In this document: piece after piece, positions 48,953-58,970 of the stretch
Layout of the letters: every line of letters starts with the position of its first letter
Numbering within the stretch: the stretch's first letter is position 1
Source: Nitrospinaceae bacterium
GTDB taxonomy: Bacteria; Nitrospinota; Nitrospinia; Nitrospinales; Nitrospinaceae
NCBI GenBank assembly: GCA_965237905.1
Contig: OZ250172.1
Span: 32,001-96,000 of the forward strand
Length of the DNA stretch: 64,000 bases
Reading direction: 5' to 3'
Notes under the pieces: generated by a model
Told to the model about the DNA's origin: nothing
The model's database searches: none
Seen by the model: only the letters and a program-made list of their open reading frames with translations
Position numbers and translations under genes: made by a program

Positions 48953-49846
48953 ATGAGAATTCTTAAAACAACCCTCATCAATATCAAATCCAACAAGCAG
49001 TTATTTTTTGCTTCGGTAGGTACGATTACCACGGCTCTTTCGATTTTGGGGCTTTTTCTGTTCGTCTATATCAATCTGAATTCCGTTCTTTCTTTTTGGA
49101 ACGATCAGGTTCAGTTGATTGTCTATCTGGACGACGAGGTTTCCAATAGTGAGAAAAAGAAATTAGAGGAACTTTTTTCTTCTAATTCAGAAGTCGATTC
49201 GTTTGATTTTGTTTCCAGAGAAAAAGCCTGGGAAAATTTCCAATCCATGTTCGCCGAAAAATCCTCTTTTCTTAAAGGCATGGGATTCAATCCTTTGCCC
49301 GCGTCCTACAGTCTTATGATTAAGCCTTCATCAGAAAGGTTGAAAAATATTCAATCGTTGGCGAAGAAGCTGAATCGGCAAGATGGAGTGGAGTCGGTGG
49401 AATACGGGGAAGAGTGGATCAACCGGTTTGAAACATTCATGATTTTAATGCGGGTTTTCCTTTTGGCATTGGGCGCTCTGTTAGGTCTGGGGGCGGTTCT
49501 TATTATCTCCAATACCGTTAAGCTCTCCGTACTATCAAGAAAAAGTGAAATCGAGTTGATGCTATTAACGGGCGCCACTCCTGGATTTATCAGGCTCCCG
49601 TTTTTTCTGGAGGGTATTTCCCATGGCCTGCTGGGTGCCGTTATTTCTCTCAGTTTGATGAAAGGTCTTCATCTTTATCTGGTGAGCCAATTCCAGGGAT
49701 CCATCGAGACGTTTGGCCGAGGCATGGATTTTCAGTTTATCTCTCTGCCTTTTATAGTGATCATCATCCTGGCCAGTATTTTGATGGGTTGGTTGGGAAG
49801 TTATTTTTCTCTCCAACAGTTTTTGGGGGCGTATAAAAAATTATGA
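48953..49846 (+). CDS. ftsX: Cell division permease FtsX
   Basis: VYL, NPLPAS, ISNTVKL...RKSEIELM.L.GA...FIRLPF.LEG. Confidence 0.93.
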   Translation: MRILKTTLINIKSNKQLFFASVGTITTALSILGLFLFVYINLNSVLSFWNDQVQLIVYLDDEVSNSEKKKLEELFSSNSEVDSFDFVSREKAWENFQSMFAEKSSFLKGMGFNPLPASYSLMIKPSSERLKNIQSLAKKLNRQDGVESVEYGEEWINRFETFMILMRVFLLALGALLGLGAVLIISNTVKLSVLSRKSEIELMLLTGATPGFIRLPFFLEGISHGLLGAVISLSLMKGLHLYLVSQFQGSIETFGRGMDFQFISLPFIVIIILASILMGWLGSYFSLQQFLGAYKKL

Positions 49847-51030
49847 GTCTACGAGGAATCCTAATTCTTTTTCTGATTATTACTTTTAGCGGGACAAGCC
49901 CTGCTTATTCGAAGGATCCGTCAGAAGAGGAAATTGAAAAACTCATACAGGATGAAAAATCCGAATTGGAAAATCTGAAGAAGAAAATCAAAAAGCAGGC
50001 CACAGAAATTTCTACCATGGGCAAGAAGGAATCCAAAATTCTTAAAACTCTGGAATCCCTGGACAATAAGAAAAAAGTCAGGGAAAGGGAATTGAAGATT
50101 TATCGATGGAATATCAAAATCAATAAAAAGCAATTGAATAAGCTTTCCCAAAAAATAAATATAACAGAAAGACAGTTGACCCGTCAGAAAACCATGCTCG
50201 GCAAACGCCTTCGTGCTTTATACAAAGAAGGAAAGATGTTTCCTGTTAAAGTCCTTTTTTCCGCGGAGGATTACAGCGATCTAATTCAAAAAGTGAAGTA
50301 TATGGAACTGCTCATGTCCCATGATTCCCGTATTTTTGAAAATTATCAAAAACGCTGGAAGCTATCCAAGGAAGAGGAAAGAAAATTATCGCAAGCCAAG
50401 GAAAAGTTGATTCAATTTGAAACTGCCGCACTCCAGAAAAAAAATGAAATTGAAAAGCAAAAGGGAAATAAATCCAAATTTTTAAGGAAGGTCAAAAATA
50501 AGAAAATTTATTTTATTCAAACACGCAAGGAAATGCTGAAAGCTTCCGAGAATCTCAACAGTTTGATCGCCAAACTGGAGCAGAAAAAGATTTCCGGTCA
50601 AGGGTTGAGTTTTGTCGACAAAAAGGGGCATCTGTTTTTCCCTGTGAAGGGGAAAGTCCTTAATCGTTTTGGAAGGGTGAGGGATAAGCGATTTCAATCT
50701 TATATTATTAATAATGGATTGAACCTGAAAGTTAGAAAGGGCACGAAAGTGCATCCTATTTTTCAGGGTTCCGTTCTGTTTGCCGGTTCCCTGGAGGGCT
50801 ACGGTAATTTGATTATCCTGGGCCATGGTGACAAGTATCATTCCTTATACGGCCATTTGGATAAGATATTGGTTCAAACCGGAGATTATGTTCAGGAGGA
50901 TCGGGCCATTGGATTATCCGGGGATAGCGGGTCCCTGGTCGGGGAAACCCTGTATCTGGAGCTTCGCCATAAGGGGAAACCTATTGATCCGGTGCCCTGG
51001 TTGCAAGCCGCCAAAAGAAAGCCCAACTAA
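49843..51030 (+). CDS. envC: Murein hydrolase activator EnvC (coiled coil plus M23)
   Basis: Long coiled coil; GYGNLIIL.H, SLYGH, LYLELR; synteny with ftsEX. Confidence 0.88.
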   Translation: MSLRGILILFLIITFSGTSPAYSKDPSEEEIEKLIQDEKSELENLKKKIKKQATEISTMGKKESKILKTLESLDNKKKVRERELKIYRWNIKINKKQLNKLSQKINITERQLTRQKTMLGKRLRALYKEGKMFPVKVLFSAEDYSDLIQKVKYMELLMSHDSRIFENYQKRWKLSKEEERKLSQAKEKLIQFETAALQKKNEIEKQKGNKSKFLRKVKNKKIYFIQTRKEMLKASENLNSLIAKLEQKKISGQGLSFVDKKGHLFFPVKGKVLNRFGRVRDKRFQSYIINNGLNLKVRKGTKVHPIFQGSVLFAGSLEGYGNLIILGHGDKYHSLYGHLDKILVQTGDYVQEDRAIGLSGDSGSLVGETLYLELRHKGKPIDPVPWLQAAKRKPN

Positions 51031-51112
51031 ATCATAAAATCCCTGAAAAATTGAGGTATAATTGTAAATAAATAACACACACTTTCATTATCTTTTTGAT
51101 TGGAGAATCATT

Positions 51113-52567
51113 TTGAGTTTTTACAAAATTCCTTTTCGTAGTATTCGAATCATTTGCTTTAGAGCCATGGTCTCAGTGATTTTACTGGGTTTGTTGGTCG
51201 TTGGAAGCGGACTGAGTCCGGTTTGGGCTCAGGTATCGGAGAAAAAATCCAAAGCAACCACTGTAGACTCCTACGAAAAACTCAAAACGTTTTCGGAAAT
51301 TCTTTCGTTACTCGAAGCGAACTATGTGGAAAAACTGGATGCCAATGAGCTGATCGATGGCGCCATCCGAGGAATGCTTAAAACACTCGATCCTCATACG
51401 TCGTATCTGCCACCCGAGGCCTTTAAACAGATGAAAGTGGAAACTTCCGGCCGGTTCGGGGGCTTGGGAATCGAAATTACCATTAAAAAAGGGATCTTAA
51501 CGGTAGTGACACCGATCGAAGATACTCCCGCTTTCGACGCAGGCGTCAAGTCAGGCGACCGAATCATTAAGATTGAAGATGAATCTACTTTGGATATGAC
51601 CCTGTCCGATGCTGTGGAACGGTTGAGAGGCAAGATCGGTACCGACGTGGCTATAACCATCTTCCGCGAAGGAATGGAAGAACCGCTGAAGGTCACTCTG
51701 ACTCGTGCCAATATTCAAGTCAAGAGCGTTAAAAGTAAAATCTATGAGGGAAGTATTGGTTATGTAAGGATTAGAAGTTTTTCAAAAACGACCAGCCGTG
51801 ATTTGGACAAGGTGCTCAATAAGTTTCGGGAGAAGCAAGTTAAAAAATTGGTTTTGGATTTGCGCAACAACCCAGGGGGGTTGCTGAATCAGGCGGTCGA
51901 AGTGTCAGACCGTTTTCTCAAACCTGAAAACCTGATCGTGTATACCCAGGGTAGAACCGAAGAACAGAATATGAGGTTCACCACGCATGATCGCGTCCAA
52001 CGGGTTACCTATCCAATGATTATTCTCGTCAATGGCGGAAGCGCCAGCGCTTCTGAAATCGTTGCGGGCGCGCTTCAGGATTCCAACCGTGCCATCATCC
52101 TCGGAACCCAGACTTTCGGCAAAGGGTCTGTGCAAACGATTATCCCTCTCAGCGACGGCTCTGCTTTGCGGTTGACTACCGCCCGGTATTACACGCCCAG
52201 CGGACGGGTGATCCAGGAAAATGGGATCGTTCCCGACATCACCGTAGAGGTTCCTGTCGCCTCCGCAAAAACGGAAGAAGAGACTGATAAGAATAAAGAA
52301 GAGGTCAACGAAGAAAAAGTTAAAATGCGGAAATTCCTCCGGGAAAAAGACCTAAGACAACACCTTAAAGGCAAGAAAAGCTTTGGTGAAGAAGAATCTA
52401 AACCGCAGAGTGAAAAGAAATCTGAAGAAGAGTTAAAAAAGGGAGAGCTCATGGCTTCCCTGAAAGAGGACTTGGAAAAAGATATCCAATTAAAAGAGGC
52501 GATTGCTCTACTCAAAGGATGGTCGATTATGAGCAGAGTATTTAGTGGCGACTCGGCGAAAAATTAA
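51113..52567 (+). CDS. ctpA: Carboxyl-terminal processing protease (S41)
   Basis: LDPHT, GGLGI PDZ domain, LDLRNNPGG, SASASEI, TFGKGSVQ. Confidence 0.93.
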   Translation: MSFYKIPFRSIRIICFRAMVSVILLGLLVVGSGLSPVWAQVSEKKSKATTVDSYEKLKTFSEILSLLEANYVEKLDANELIDGAIRGMLKTLDPHTSYLPPEAFKQMKVETSGRFGGLGIEITIKKGILTVVTPIEDTPAFDAGVKSGDRIIKIEDESTLDMTLSDAVERLRGKIGTDVAITIFREGMEEPLKVTLTRANIQVKSVKSKIYEGSIGYVRIRSFSKTTSRDLDKVLNKFREKQVKKLVLDLRNNPGGLLNQAVEVSDRFLKPENLIVYTQGRTEEQNMRFTTHDRVQRVTYPMIILVNGGSASASEIVAGALQDSNRAIILGTQTFGKGSVQTIIPLSDGSALRLTTARYYTPSGRVIQENGIVPDITVEVPVASAKTEEETDKNKEEVNEEKVKMRKFLREKDLRQHLKGKKSFGEEESKPQSEKKSEEELKKGELMASLKEDLEKDIQLKEAIALLKGWSIMSRVFSGDSAKN

Positions 52568-52691
52568 ACACTTTTAACGGCTCATAAAGAGTTTCCAGAG
52601 GGCGGCGGCCGGGTCAACAACCCGGCACCTACTTGGATTGTCCTATTCCCCCCTGATGTTTAACCATTCACCTCTAACATTTTAATTTGTC

Positions 52692-53702
52692 ATGCTGGTT
52701 TTGGGAATTGAAACGTCCTGTGACGAAACGGCGGCGGCCGTGCTGGAAGATGGAACTTCCCTTCGCTCCAATGTGATCGCATCTCAAGATGAGATCCATT
52801 CCAAATTCGGCGGAATTGTCCCCGAACTGGCCGGCCGTTCCCATGTCGAACGTATCCACCTGATTATACAAAAGGCGCTCAAAGATGCGGGCGTCCAGTT
52901 GAATGATATCGATCTCATTGCCGCCACTGCGGGTCCCGGACTGGTGGTGTCCCTTCTGGTGGGCTTGAACACCGCCAAGGCTCTGGCCTATTCCCTGAAG
53001 ATTCCAATCATCGGCATCAATCATCTGGAAGGGCATGTCCTGGCCATCTTCCTCCAACAGAAAGTGGAATTCCCTTTTCTGGCCTTGATCGTTTCCGGCG
53101 GGCACACGGATTTGTGCCGGGTCAACGGCTTCGGGCAATACCGCATACTCGGCCGCACCCGTGATGACGCCGCTGGAGAATCGTTTGATAAAGTCGCCAA
53201 GATGCTCGGCCTCGGCTACCCCGGCGGACCTATTCTCGAAAAAAAAGCGAGGCAGGGTAAGCCTCACACTCAAGTTTTCCCTCGTGCCTGGCTGGAAAAG
53301 GATTCTCTGGATTTCAGTTTCAGCGGATTGAAAACATCTGTCCGGAATACGCTTCTCAAGCGGGAGAATGGCAACGGTTTGTCCTGTTCGGACGAGGATA
53401 TTGCGGCCGGATTCCAGGAGGCCGTAGTCGACGTGCTGGTCCGCAAAGCCCTTTCGGCTTGTCGGCAGGAATCCCTGAAGCGGATAGTGGTCACCGGAGG
53501 TGTCGCCGCCAACGGATATCTCAGAGACCGTATGACCGAGGCCGCACGCAAGGAGGGTATTGAGGTATTCGTTCCCAAACCGATATTGTGTACGGATAAT
53601 GCCGCGATGATCGCCTGCGCCGGGTATTACCGTTCACAGCATTGCCCGCCCTCTGAAAACGATCCGTTTTCACTGGATGCTCATCCTAATTTGCCCTTTT
53701 AA
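52692..53702 (+). CDS. tsaD: tRNA threonylcarbamoyltransferase TsaD
   Basis: GIETSCDET, NHLEGH, VSGGHT, DDAAGE.FDK, TDNAAMI. Confidence 0.97.
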   Translation: MLVLGIETSCDETAAAVLEDGTSLRSNVIASQDEIHSKFGGIVPELAGRSHVERIHLIIQKALKDAGVQLNDIDLIAATAGPGLVVSLLVGLNTAKALAYSLKIPIIGINHLEGHVLAIFLQQKVEFPFLALIVSGGHTDLCRVNGFGQYRILGRTRDDAAGESFDKVAKMLGLGYPGGPILEKKARQGKPHTQVFPRAWLEKDSLDFSFSGLKTSVRNTLLKRENGNGLSCSDEDIAAGFQEAVVDVLVRKALSACRQESLKRIVVTGGVAANGYLRDRMTEAARKEGIEVFVPKPILCTDNAAMIACAGYYRSQHCPPSENDPFSLDAHPNLPF

Positions 53703-53716
53703 CGGATGATTGTTTT

Positions 53717-54715
53717 ATGAATGTTCTGGTTACCGGAGGCGGTGGATTTCTGGGAAGTCACCTCGCCCACCGGTTGCATGAAATGGGTCATCGCGTCTCG
53801 GTTCTGGGGCGCCGCCGGTATCCCGGCCTTCCTGAGAATATTATCCAGTTGCAAGCGGACCTGCGTGACCCGAAAGCCGTCTCCGAAGCCTGCCGGCAAC
53901 AGGACTCGGTGTTCCATGCCGGAGCCCTGCCGGGAATCTGGGGAACAAAAAAGGATTTTTACCAGACCAATGTGGATGGCACCCGCCATGTGATTGCGGG
54001 GTGTCTTGAACACGGAGTTCAGAAACTGGTGTTCACCAGTTCACCCAGTGTGATTTATAACCAGGCCGATATGGAAAATGTAGATGAATCCGCTCCATAT
54101 CCCTCCCATTACCTGTCCGATTATCCTCTAACCAAGGCGCTGGCAGAACAGACGGTCATAGCCGCCAATGGCCAGCAGGATCTGATGACCGTTTCTTTGC
54201 GGCCGCATTTGATCTGGGGCCCCGGCGATCCCCATCTGGTCCCGAGAATCATCGAACGGGCCAAAAAGGGTCAATTAGTCCGGGTAGGGGAGGGAACCAA
54301 CCGGGTGGATATTATTTATATCGATAACGCCGTGGAAGGCCATATCCGGGCCTGGCAGGCACTGGAGCCCGGTTCCCCTGTGGCCGGAAAATGTTACTTT
54401 CTCAGCGACGGCGAGCCCGTGGTTTTATGGGACTGGATCAACCAATTGCTCGCCTCCTTAGGGATCAATCCTGTGACGAAGAGTATTTCTTATGGCATGG
54501 CGAGGAATCTGGGATGGATTCTGGAGGGAGTTTATCGCGTCTTCGGACTTGCGGAAGAGCCGCGGATGACCCGTTTCCTTGCCGGGCAGTTGGCGACCTC
54601 TCACTACTTTGACATTAGCGGTGCCAGGAGGGATTTTAATTACGAGATCATGGTTTCCCCTGAGGAAGGGATGAAACGCCTGCTCAAGTCGCTTCAGGTT
54701 CCCCTAGAAGGTTGA
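53717..54715 (+). CDS. oleD: 3-beta-HSD-like extended SDR, OleD-like
   Basis: TGGGGFLG, TSSPSV, YPLTK, LRPHLIWGPGD, EPRMTRF.A.QL...HYFDI. Confidence 0.7.
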   Translation: MNVLVTGGGGFLGSHLAHRLHEMGHRVSVLGRRRYPGLPENIIQLQADLRDPKAVSEACRQQDSVFHAGALPGIWGTKKDFYQTNVDGTRHVIAGCLEHGVQKLVFTSSPSVIYNQADMENVDESAPYPSHYLSDYPLTKALAEQTVIAANGQQDLMTVSLRPHLIWGPGDPHLVPRIIERAKKGQLVRVGEGTNRVDIIYIDNAVEGHIRAWQALEPGSPVAGKCYFLSDGEPVVLWDWINQLLASLGINPVTKSISYGMARNLGWILEGVYRVFGLAEEPRMTRFLAGQLATSHYFDISGARRDFNYEIMVSPEEGMKRLLKSLQVPLEG

Positions 54716-55451
54716 TGCGGTGGGCCAGGCAACCGGCACCGAATCCGTTTTCAATATTGACCACCGAGACGCCCGGCGCACAGGAGTTGAGCATGGTCAA
54801 CAAGGCGGCCAGTCCCTCGAATGCGGCCCCATAACCGATCCGGGTGGGAACGGCAATGATCGGACACTCCACCAGCCCGCCGACGACGCTCGCCAGGGCT
54901 CCATCCATTCCCGCCGCTACGATGATCACCCGCGCCTCCCGCAACCGGTCCATTTTATCCAGAAGACGGTGAATTCCCGCCACGCCGACATCATAGGCGG
55001 TTTCGACCCGGCTCCCGAGAAGTTCGGCGGTGGCTACCGCCTCCTCGGCAATCGGGATATCCGAAGTTCCGGCGGTGAGGACTAAAATATGACCGGCTTT
55101 TTTCTTTTTGGGTTTTCTCTGGAGAACCAGAGTCCGGCCTTCTGGATTGTAATGAGCCTGAGAGGGGAGGTCGGATTGGATTTGCTGATGCACCTCGGGA
55201 GAAAGGCGGGTCGCCAAAATATCGGTTTCGGCTTGATCCATTTTGCGGATGAGGGTCAGAATCTGATCCGGAGTTTTGCCCTCACAATAAATTACCTCCG
55301 GCATACCGTTGCGAAGAGACCGGTGATGATCCACCTGCGCAAAACCCAAATCCTCGTAAGGCAGATTTTTTAAACGCTCGTAGGCTGTTTGTGGCTCAAT
55401 TTTTTTTTCGTACAAATCCTGGATCAATTGTTGCAGGGATTCTCGATTCAT
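54684..55451 (-). CDS. larB: Nickel pincer cofactor biosynthesis protein LarB (PurE-like)
   Basis: DHHR.LR.G.PEVIY..GKT, AGTSD.P.AEEA, DVGVAGIHR, MLNSCAPG. Confidence 0.9.
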   Translation of the reverse strand: MNRESLQQLIQDLYEKKIEPQTAYERLKNLPYEDLGFAQVDHHRSLRNGMPEVIYCEGKTPDQILTLIRKMDQAETDILATRLSPEVHQQIQSDLPSQAHYNPEGRTLVLQRKPKKKKAGHILVLTAGTSDIPIAEEAVATAELLGSRVETAYDVGVAGIHRLLDKMDRLREARVIIVAAGMDGALASVVGGLVECPIIAVPTRIGYGAAFEGLAALLTMLNSCAPGVSVVNIENGFGAGCLAHRINLLGEPEAT

Positions 55452-56476
55452 TTCAGCCCTTTGATTCCTGTAAACTCAGAAGTCGTCTCGACGTTCATTA
55501 CATCTTGCAGGGCCTGTTGCGGGGATTTCCTCTCATGAAGAACGCGGTAGGTCTCCTCAATAATGGACGCCTGAATATCGAATTTGTTTTTGAGTTGATA
55601 GGCAGAGGTGACGGTGCGTATTCCTTCGGCCACCATTTTCATGTTGGCGGTAATTTCACTGAGCTTCTGTCCCTGGCCCAACTTCAGTCCCACCGTACGG
55701 TTGCGGCTGAGATCGCCTGTGCATGTTAACACCAGATCGCCCATGCCTGATAAACCCGCAAACGTTTCGGGCCTCGCGCCCATGGCGGTCCCAATCCGGA
55801 TAATTTCCACCAGCCCGCGATTGATCAATGCCGCTCTGGGATTAAAACCCAGTTGCAGTCCGTCGGCTATTCCGGTAGCGATAGCGATGACGTTCTTGAG
55901 TGCTCCGCCAATTTCCACTCCCATCAAATCGGTACTGGTAAACACTTTTAGTTTATCCGTGTCAAAAATAGCCTGCACCCTTTCGGCGGTTTCCTGCCTG
56001 TTGGCGGCCGCGACAATGGCCGAGGGGATTCCCTGGGCGACTTCCCTGGCAAACGTGGGCCCCGACAAGGTTGCCAGGGAATCGAAAGCAGGGAGCGTCT
56101 CTTCGATGACTTTATGAATCGGAAGGAGTGATTCGTTCTCGATTCCCTTGCTGGAATTAATGATTAAACAATCGGGATCGATAAATGCCTTCACAGTATT
56201 CAGGGTAGACCGTAAGACATGAGTCGGGACCACTACCAGAATAATTTTTTTATTCGCCGCCACTTCCTGTAACGAGTGGGAGGGATGAATGGCATCCGGA
56301 AGTTGGAAGCCTGGCAGATAAACCCGGTTTTCCCGCTCCCGGTTCATAACGTCACAGAGGTCCTTTTCATAGACCCAAAGGTCGACCCGATGACCCTCTC
56401 CGGCCAACAAAAGAGAGAGCGCTGTTCCCCAGCTCCCTGCACCAATAACACCTATTGCTAAAGAAGGATTTACCAT
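55448..56476 (-). CDS. gpsA: NAD(P)H-dependent glycerol-3-phosphate dehydrogenase
   Basis: GAGSWGTAL, SKGIE, SGPTFA.E, GALKNVIAI, GDLVLTC...SRN. Confidence 0.97.
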   Translation of the reverse strand: MVNPSLAIGVIGAGSWGTALSLLLAGEGHRVDLWVYEKDLCDVMNRERENRVYLPGFQLPDAIHPSHSLQEVAANKKIILVVVPTHVLRSTLNTVKAFIDPDCLIINSSKGIENESLLPIHKVIEETLPAFDSLATLSGPTFAREVAQGIPSAIVAAANRQETAERVQAIFDTDKLKVFTSTDLMGVEIGGALKNVIAIATGIADGLQLGFNPRAALINRGLVEIIRIGTAMGARPETFAGLSGMGDLVLTCTGDLSRNRTVGLKLGQGQKLSEITANMKMVAEGIRTVTSAYQLKNKFDIQASIIEETYRVLHERKSPQQALQDVMNVETTSEFTGIKGLK

Positions 56477-56659
56477 AGAGTTTCGACAAGATTAACGTTT
56501 AAGGTGGGTTCGAAAAACCCAGAAATCCGATTTTGAATTCTATTTTACCTGAATTAAGGCGGGGAAACGGACTTGTTATAGCAAATACTTTGTGATTAAA
56601 TCAAATTCACTTTAAACAAGGGATTGTTTTACTCCCGCTTCAAATTATTATCCACAATA

Positions 56660-57340
56660 ATGGCTCAAGATACCAAATTAAAAAGAAAAGACCTGAAAGA
56701 ACCAGATCAATTTCTGGTGGCGAGCAGTGAGTTTCTTGATTTCTTAAATCGAAACAAATCCATGCTTGTCGGTGTGCTGGTTGGGATATTAGTGATAGTG
56801 GGCGGATTTTTGTTTGTGACTCATCAGAGAAGTTCCGAAAGTCTGAGAATGGAATCGCTCTACTTTCAAATGACCCAACTGGTGGAAGGAGAAGAGGAAC
56901 TCACGGGCGAACAACTGATTCCCAAATTGAAATCCCTTTTGGCGCAGTTTGAAGAAGGCGACCAGAAATTAAGAGCGAGTCTGTTGCTGGGGGGTGCTCA
57001 ATATCAAAATAAAAATTATGATGACGCTCTTTCATCGTTTAAACTGGTATTGGATGGAGCGCAGCCAGGAACGCTTAATTTTTATATGGCTCAATCTGGA
57101 ATGGCTTATTCATATGAAGGTAAAAAAGATTTCAACAATGCCATTACCCATTACAAAAATATTATAGACCATCCGGGGCAGTCGCCGCTGTTTTATACTT
57201 ACCTTGGATTGGCACGGTGTTATGAGTTGGCGCAGGATCCCAAAAATGCCCTATTGATTCTGCGTGAGATGCAAACCAAATTTCCAAAACATGCCGGCCT
57301 GGAGAAAGCAAATCTCTCTCTCAAGCGGTTGGAAGGCTAG
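56660..57340 (+). CDS. YfgM-like membrane-anchored TPR protein
   Basis: RKDLKEPDQF, one TM helix, TPR-like helices. Confidence 0.75.
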   Translation: MAQDTKLKRKDLKEPDQFLVASSEFLDFLNRNKSMLVGVLVGILVIVGGFLFVTHQRSSESLRMESLYFQMTQLVEGEEELTGEQLIPKLKSLLAQFEEGDQKLRASLLLGGAQYQNKNYDDALSSFKLVLDGAQPGTLNFYMAQSGMAYSYEGKKDFNNAITHYKNIIDHPGQSPLFYTYLGLARCYELAQDPKNALLILREMQTKFPKHAGLEKANLSLKRLEG

Positions 57341-57363
57341 GCATCATTTCATGAGCTCCCCTT

Positions 57364-58446
57364 ATGAGGTCTTTTAAACACAGGGTCCACACCACCAGCA
57401 TATTCCTTCTCCTTTCAGGTTTGATTTTTCTATTCCTTCCTGCTCCTTCCTTTTCCGTTCCGTTTATCAGTAAAGACACCGAATTGGCCATGGGCCAGGA
57501 GGCGGACAAACAAGTCATTGCTCAATTCGGATTGTATGGTGACAAGAGTCTGCAGTTATACGTTAATGAAATCGGTCAAAAACTGGTTTCTAATTTGTCC
57601 GACAAGGAATTCAACAAGTATTTTTTCAAGGTCGTGGACAGCTCGGAGATTAATGCCTTTGCTTTACCGGGCGGATATATCTATGTCACCCGGGGAATTT
57701 TGGCGACGATCAACAGCGAGGCCGAACTGGCCGGCATCCTGGGGCATGAAATCGGCCATGTCACCCAGCATCATGGCGCCAAGCAGATTGTTCGAACCAT
57801 CGGAGCCCAGATACTCGCCATCGGTGCGGCTGTTGCTAATCCCAAAAATGCGGGACAATGGCTGATCCTCAGTAGCCAGATGTTCAATCAGATCAACCTG
57901 GGTTACGGACGCGATGCGGAACTGGAATCCGACGCGCATGGTCTATTGTCAGCCTATCAGGCGGGTTACGATCCGCGTGGTATGGTCGATTTCTTAAAAG
58001 GTCTGCGCCAACATGAAATGATGTCCGGTCAATCCTATCATAGCTTTCAGGCCACCCACCCGGACACCAAAGAGCGGATCATCAAAACTGGCAGTTTGTC
58101 CGAGTCTATTATCAATCGTAAAGAGAACTCCGTAACGAAGAACCGAAAAGAGTATTTGAACCATATCCGGGGCCTGTCCTTTGGCGGAAAAAAGCACAAC
58201 AGAGACAGAAGAAATTATAAGAAAAAACATGTTGATGTTTATGAGGTCCAGCCTGGGGATACCTTCAAGAGCATCGCCATGAAGGAACTGGGAGATGAAC
58301 GGGAGGACTTGACGATTGCGGTTATGAATGGGAAACGCATGGAGGATTCCCTTGAGCCCGGCGAGTTTTTAAAGCTGGTGCGCCCAGGACCTTATCACAA
58401 AGACAAGATTCTTGAGATACGCCCCGATATCAATACAACACAATGA
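57364..58446 (+). CDS. M48 metalloprotease with C-terminal LysM-like domain
   Basis: NAFALPGG, HEIGH, ESD, THP..ERI; YEVQPGDT. Confidence 0.9.
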   Translation: MRSFKHRVHTTSIFLLLSGLIFLFLPAPSFSVPFISKDTELAMGQEADKQVIAQFGLYGDKSLQLYVNEIGQKLVSNLSDKEFNKYFFKVVDSSEINAFALPGGYIYVTRGILATINSEAELAGILGHEIGHVTQHHGAKQIVRTIGAQILAIGAAVANPKNAGQWLILSSQMFNQINLGYGRDAELESDAHGLLSAYQAGYDPRGMVDFLKGLRQHEMMSGQSYHSFQATHPDTKERIIKTGSLSESIINRKENSVTKNRKEYLNHIRGLSFGGKKHNRDRRNYKKKHVDVYEVQPGDTFKSIAMKELGDEREDLTIAVMNGKRMEDSLEPGEFLKLVRPGPYHKDKILEIRPDINTTQ

Positions 58447-58459
58447 TTTATAACGTTCA

Positions 58460-58654
58460 ATGGCTGAAACTCTGGAGTTGGATAAAACCACTACAGTCCA
58501 TTTGACCGCCAATGGGGAGATGTGTAACCGGCTGGCCCGTGGGACCCGGATTGTCCCAGTCGGGAGAAAAGGGGATTGGGTTAAAATCACCTGGAGAAAA
58601 GGCAAAAAAAAAGGCTGGATTTTTTCCCCGAATCCTAGTATTAAAATCACCTGA
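58460..58654 (+). CDS. Small SH3b-like protein
   Basis: L.RGT.I....RKGDWVKI.......GWI. Confidence 0.55.
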   Translation: MAETLELDKTTTVHLTANGEMCNRLARGTRIVPVGRKGDWVKITWRKGKKKGWIFSPNPSIKIT

Positions 58655-58695
58655 ATTTCAGATTACCTCTTTGGCTATTATTTTTCGGGTGCGTT

Positions 58696-58884
58696 ATGAC
58701 TGACTCAAGCGTTGAAAATCTGGATGACGAAGAATTGTTGATGTACTACGAAACGACTAAGAAATTTTTGGAAAGCAAAATGAAGGAAAGCGAATCCCAA
58801 AATGGAAAAGTCGGAATTCTGCAACAAAAACTTGAACACATCGAAGATGAGTTGAAGTCGAGAAGCCTTTGGGAAGCAGAATAG
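58696..58884 (+). CDS. Small helical hypothetical protein
   Basis: 62 aa, charged coiled coil, same strand as neighbours. Confidence 0.55.
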   Translation: MTDSSVENLDDEELLMYYETTKKFLESKMKESESQNGKVGILQQKLEHIEDELKSRSLWEAE

Positions 58885-58913
58885 TTTTCCCGAGCACCCA
58901 TTCATTTTTAAAG

Positions 58914-58946
58914 AAAAAAACGGGCAGACCCAAAGGTCTGCCCGTT
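58914..58946 (-). terminator. Intrinsic terminator of aconitase
   Basis: AACGGGCAGACC-caaa-GGTCTGCCCGTT, A7 on the + strand. Confidence 0.85.
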
Positions 58947-58970
58947 GATCATTGAACAATTATTTGTATA

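Noticed and set aside
56648..56656. Perfect DnaA box TTATCCACA in an AT-rich spacer
   Set aside because: Single box with no cluster and no dnaA/gidA context; insufficient for oriC.
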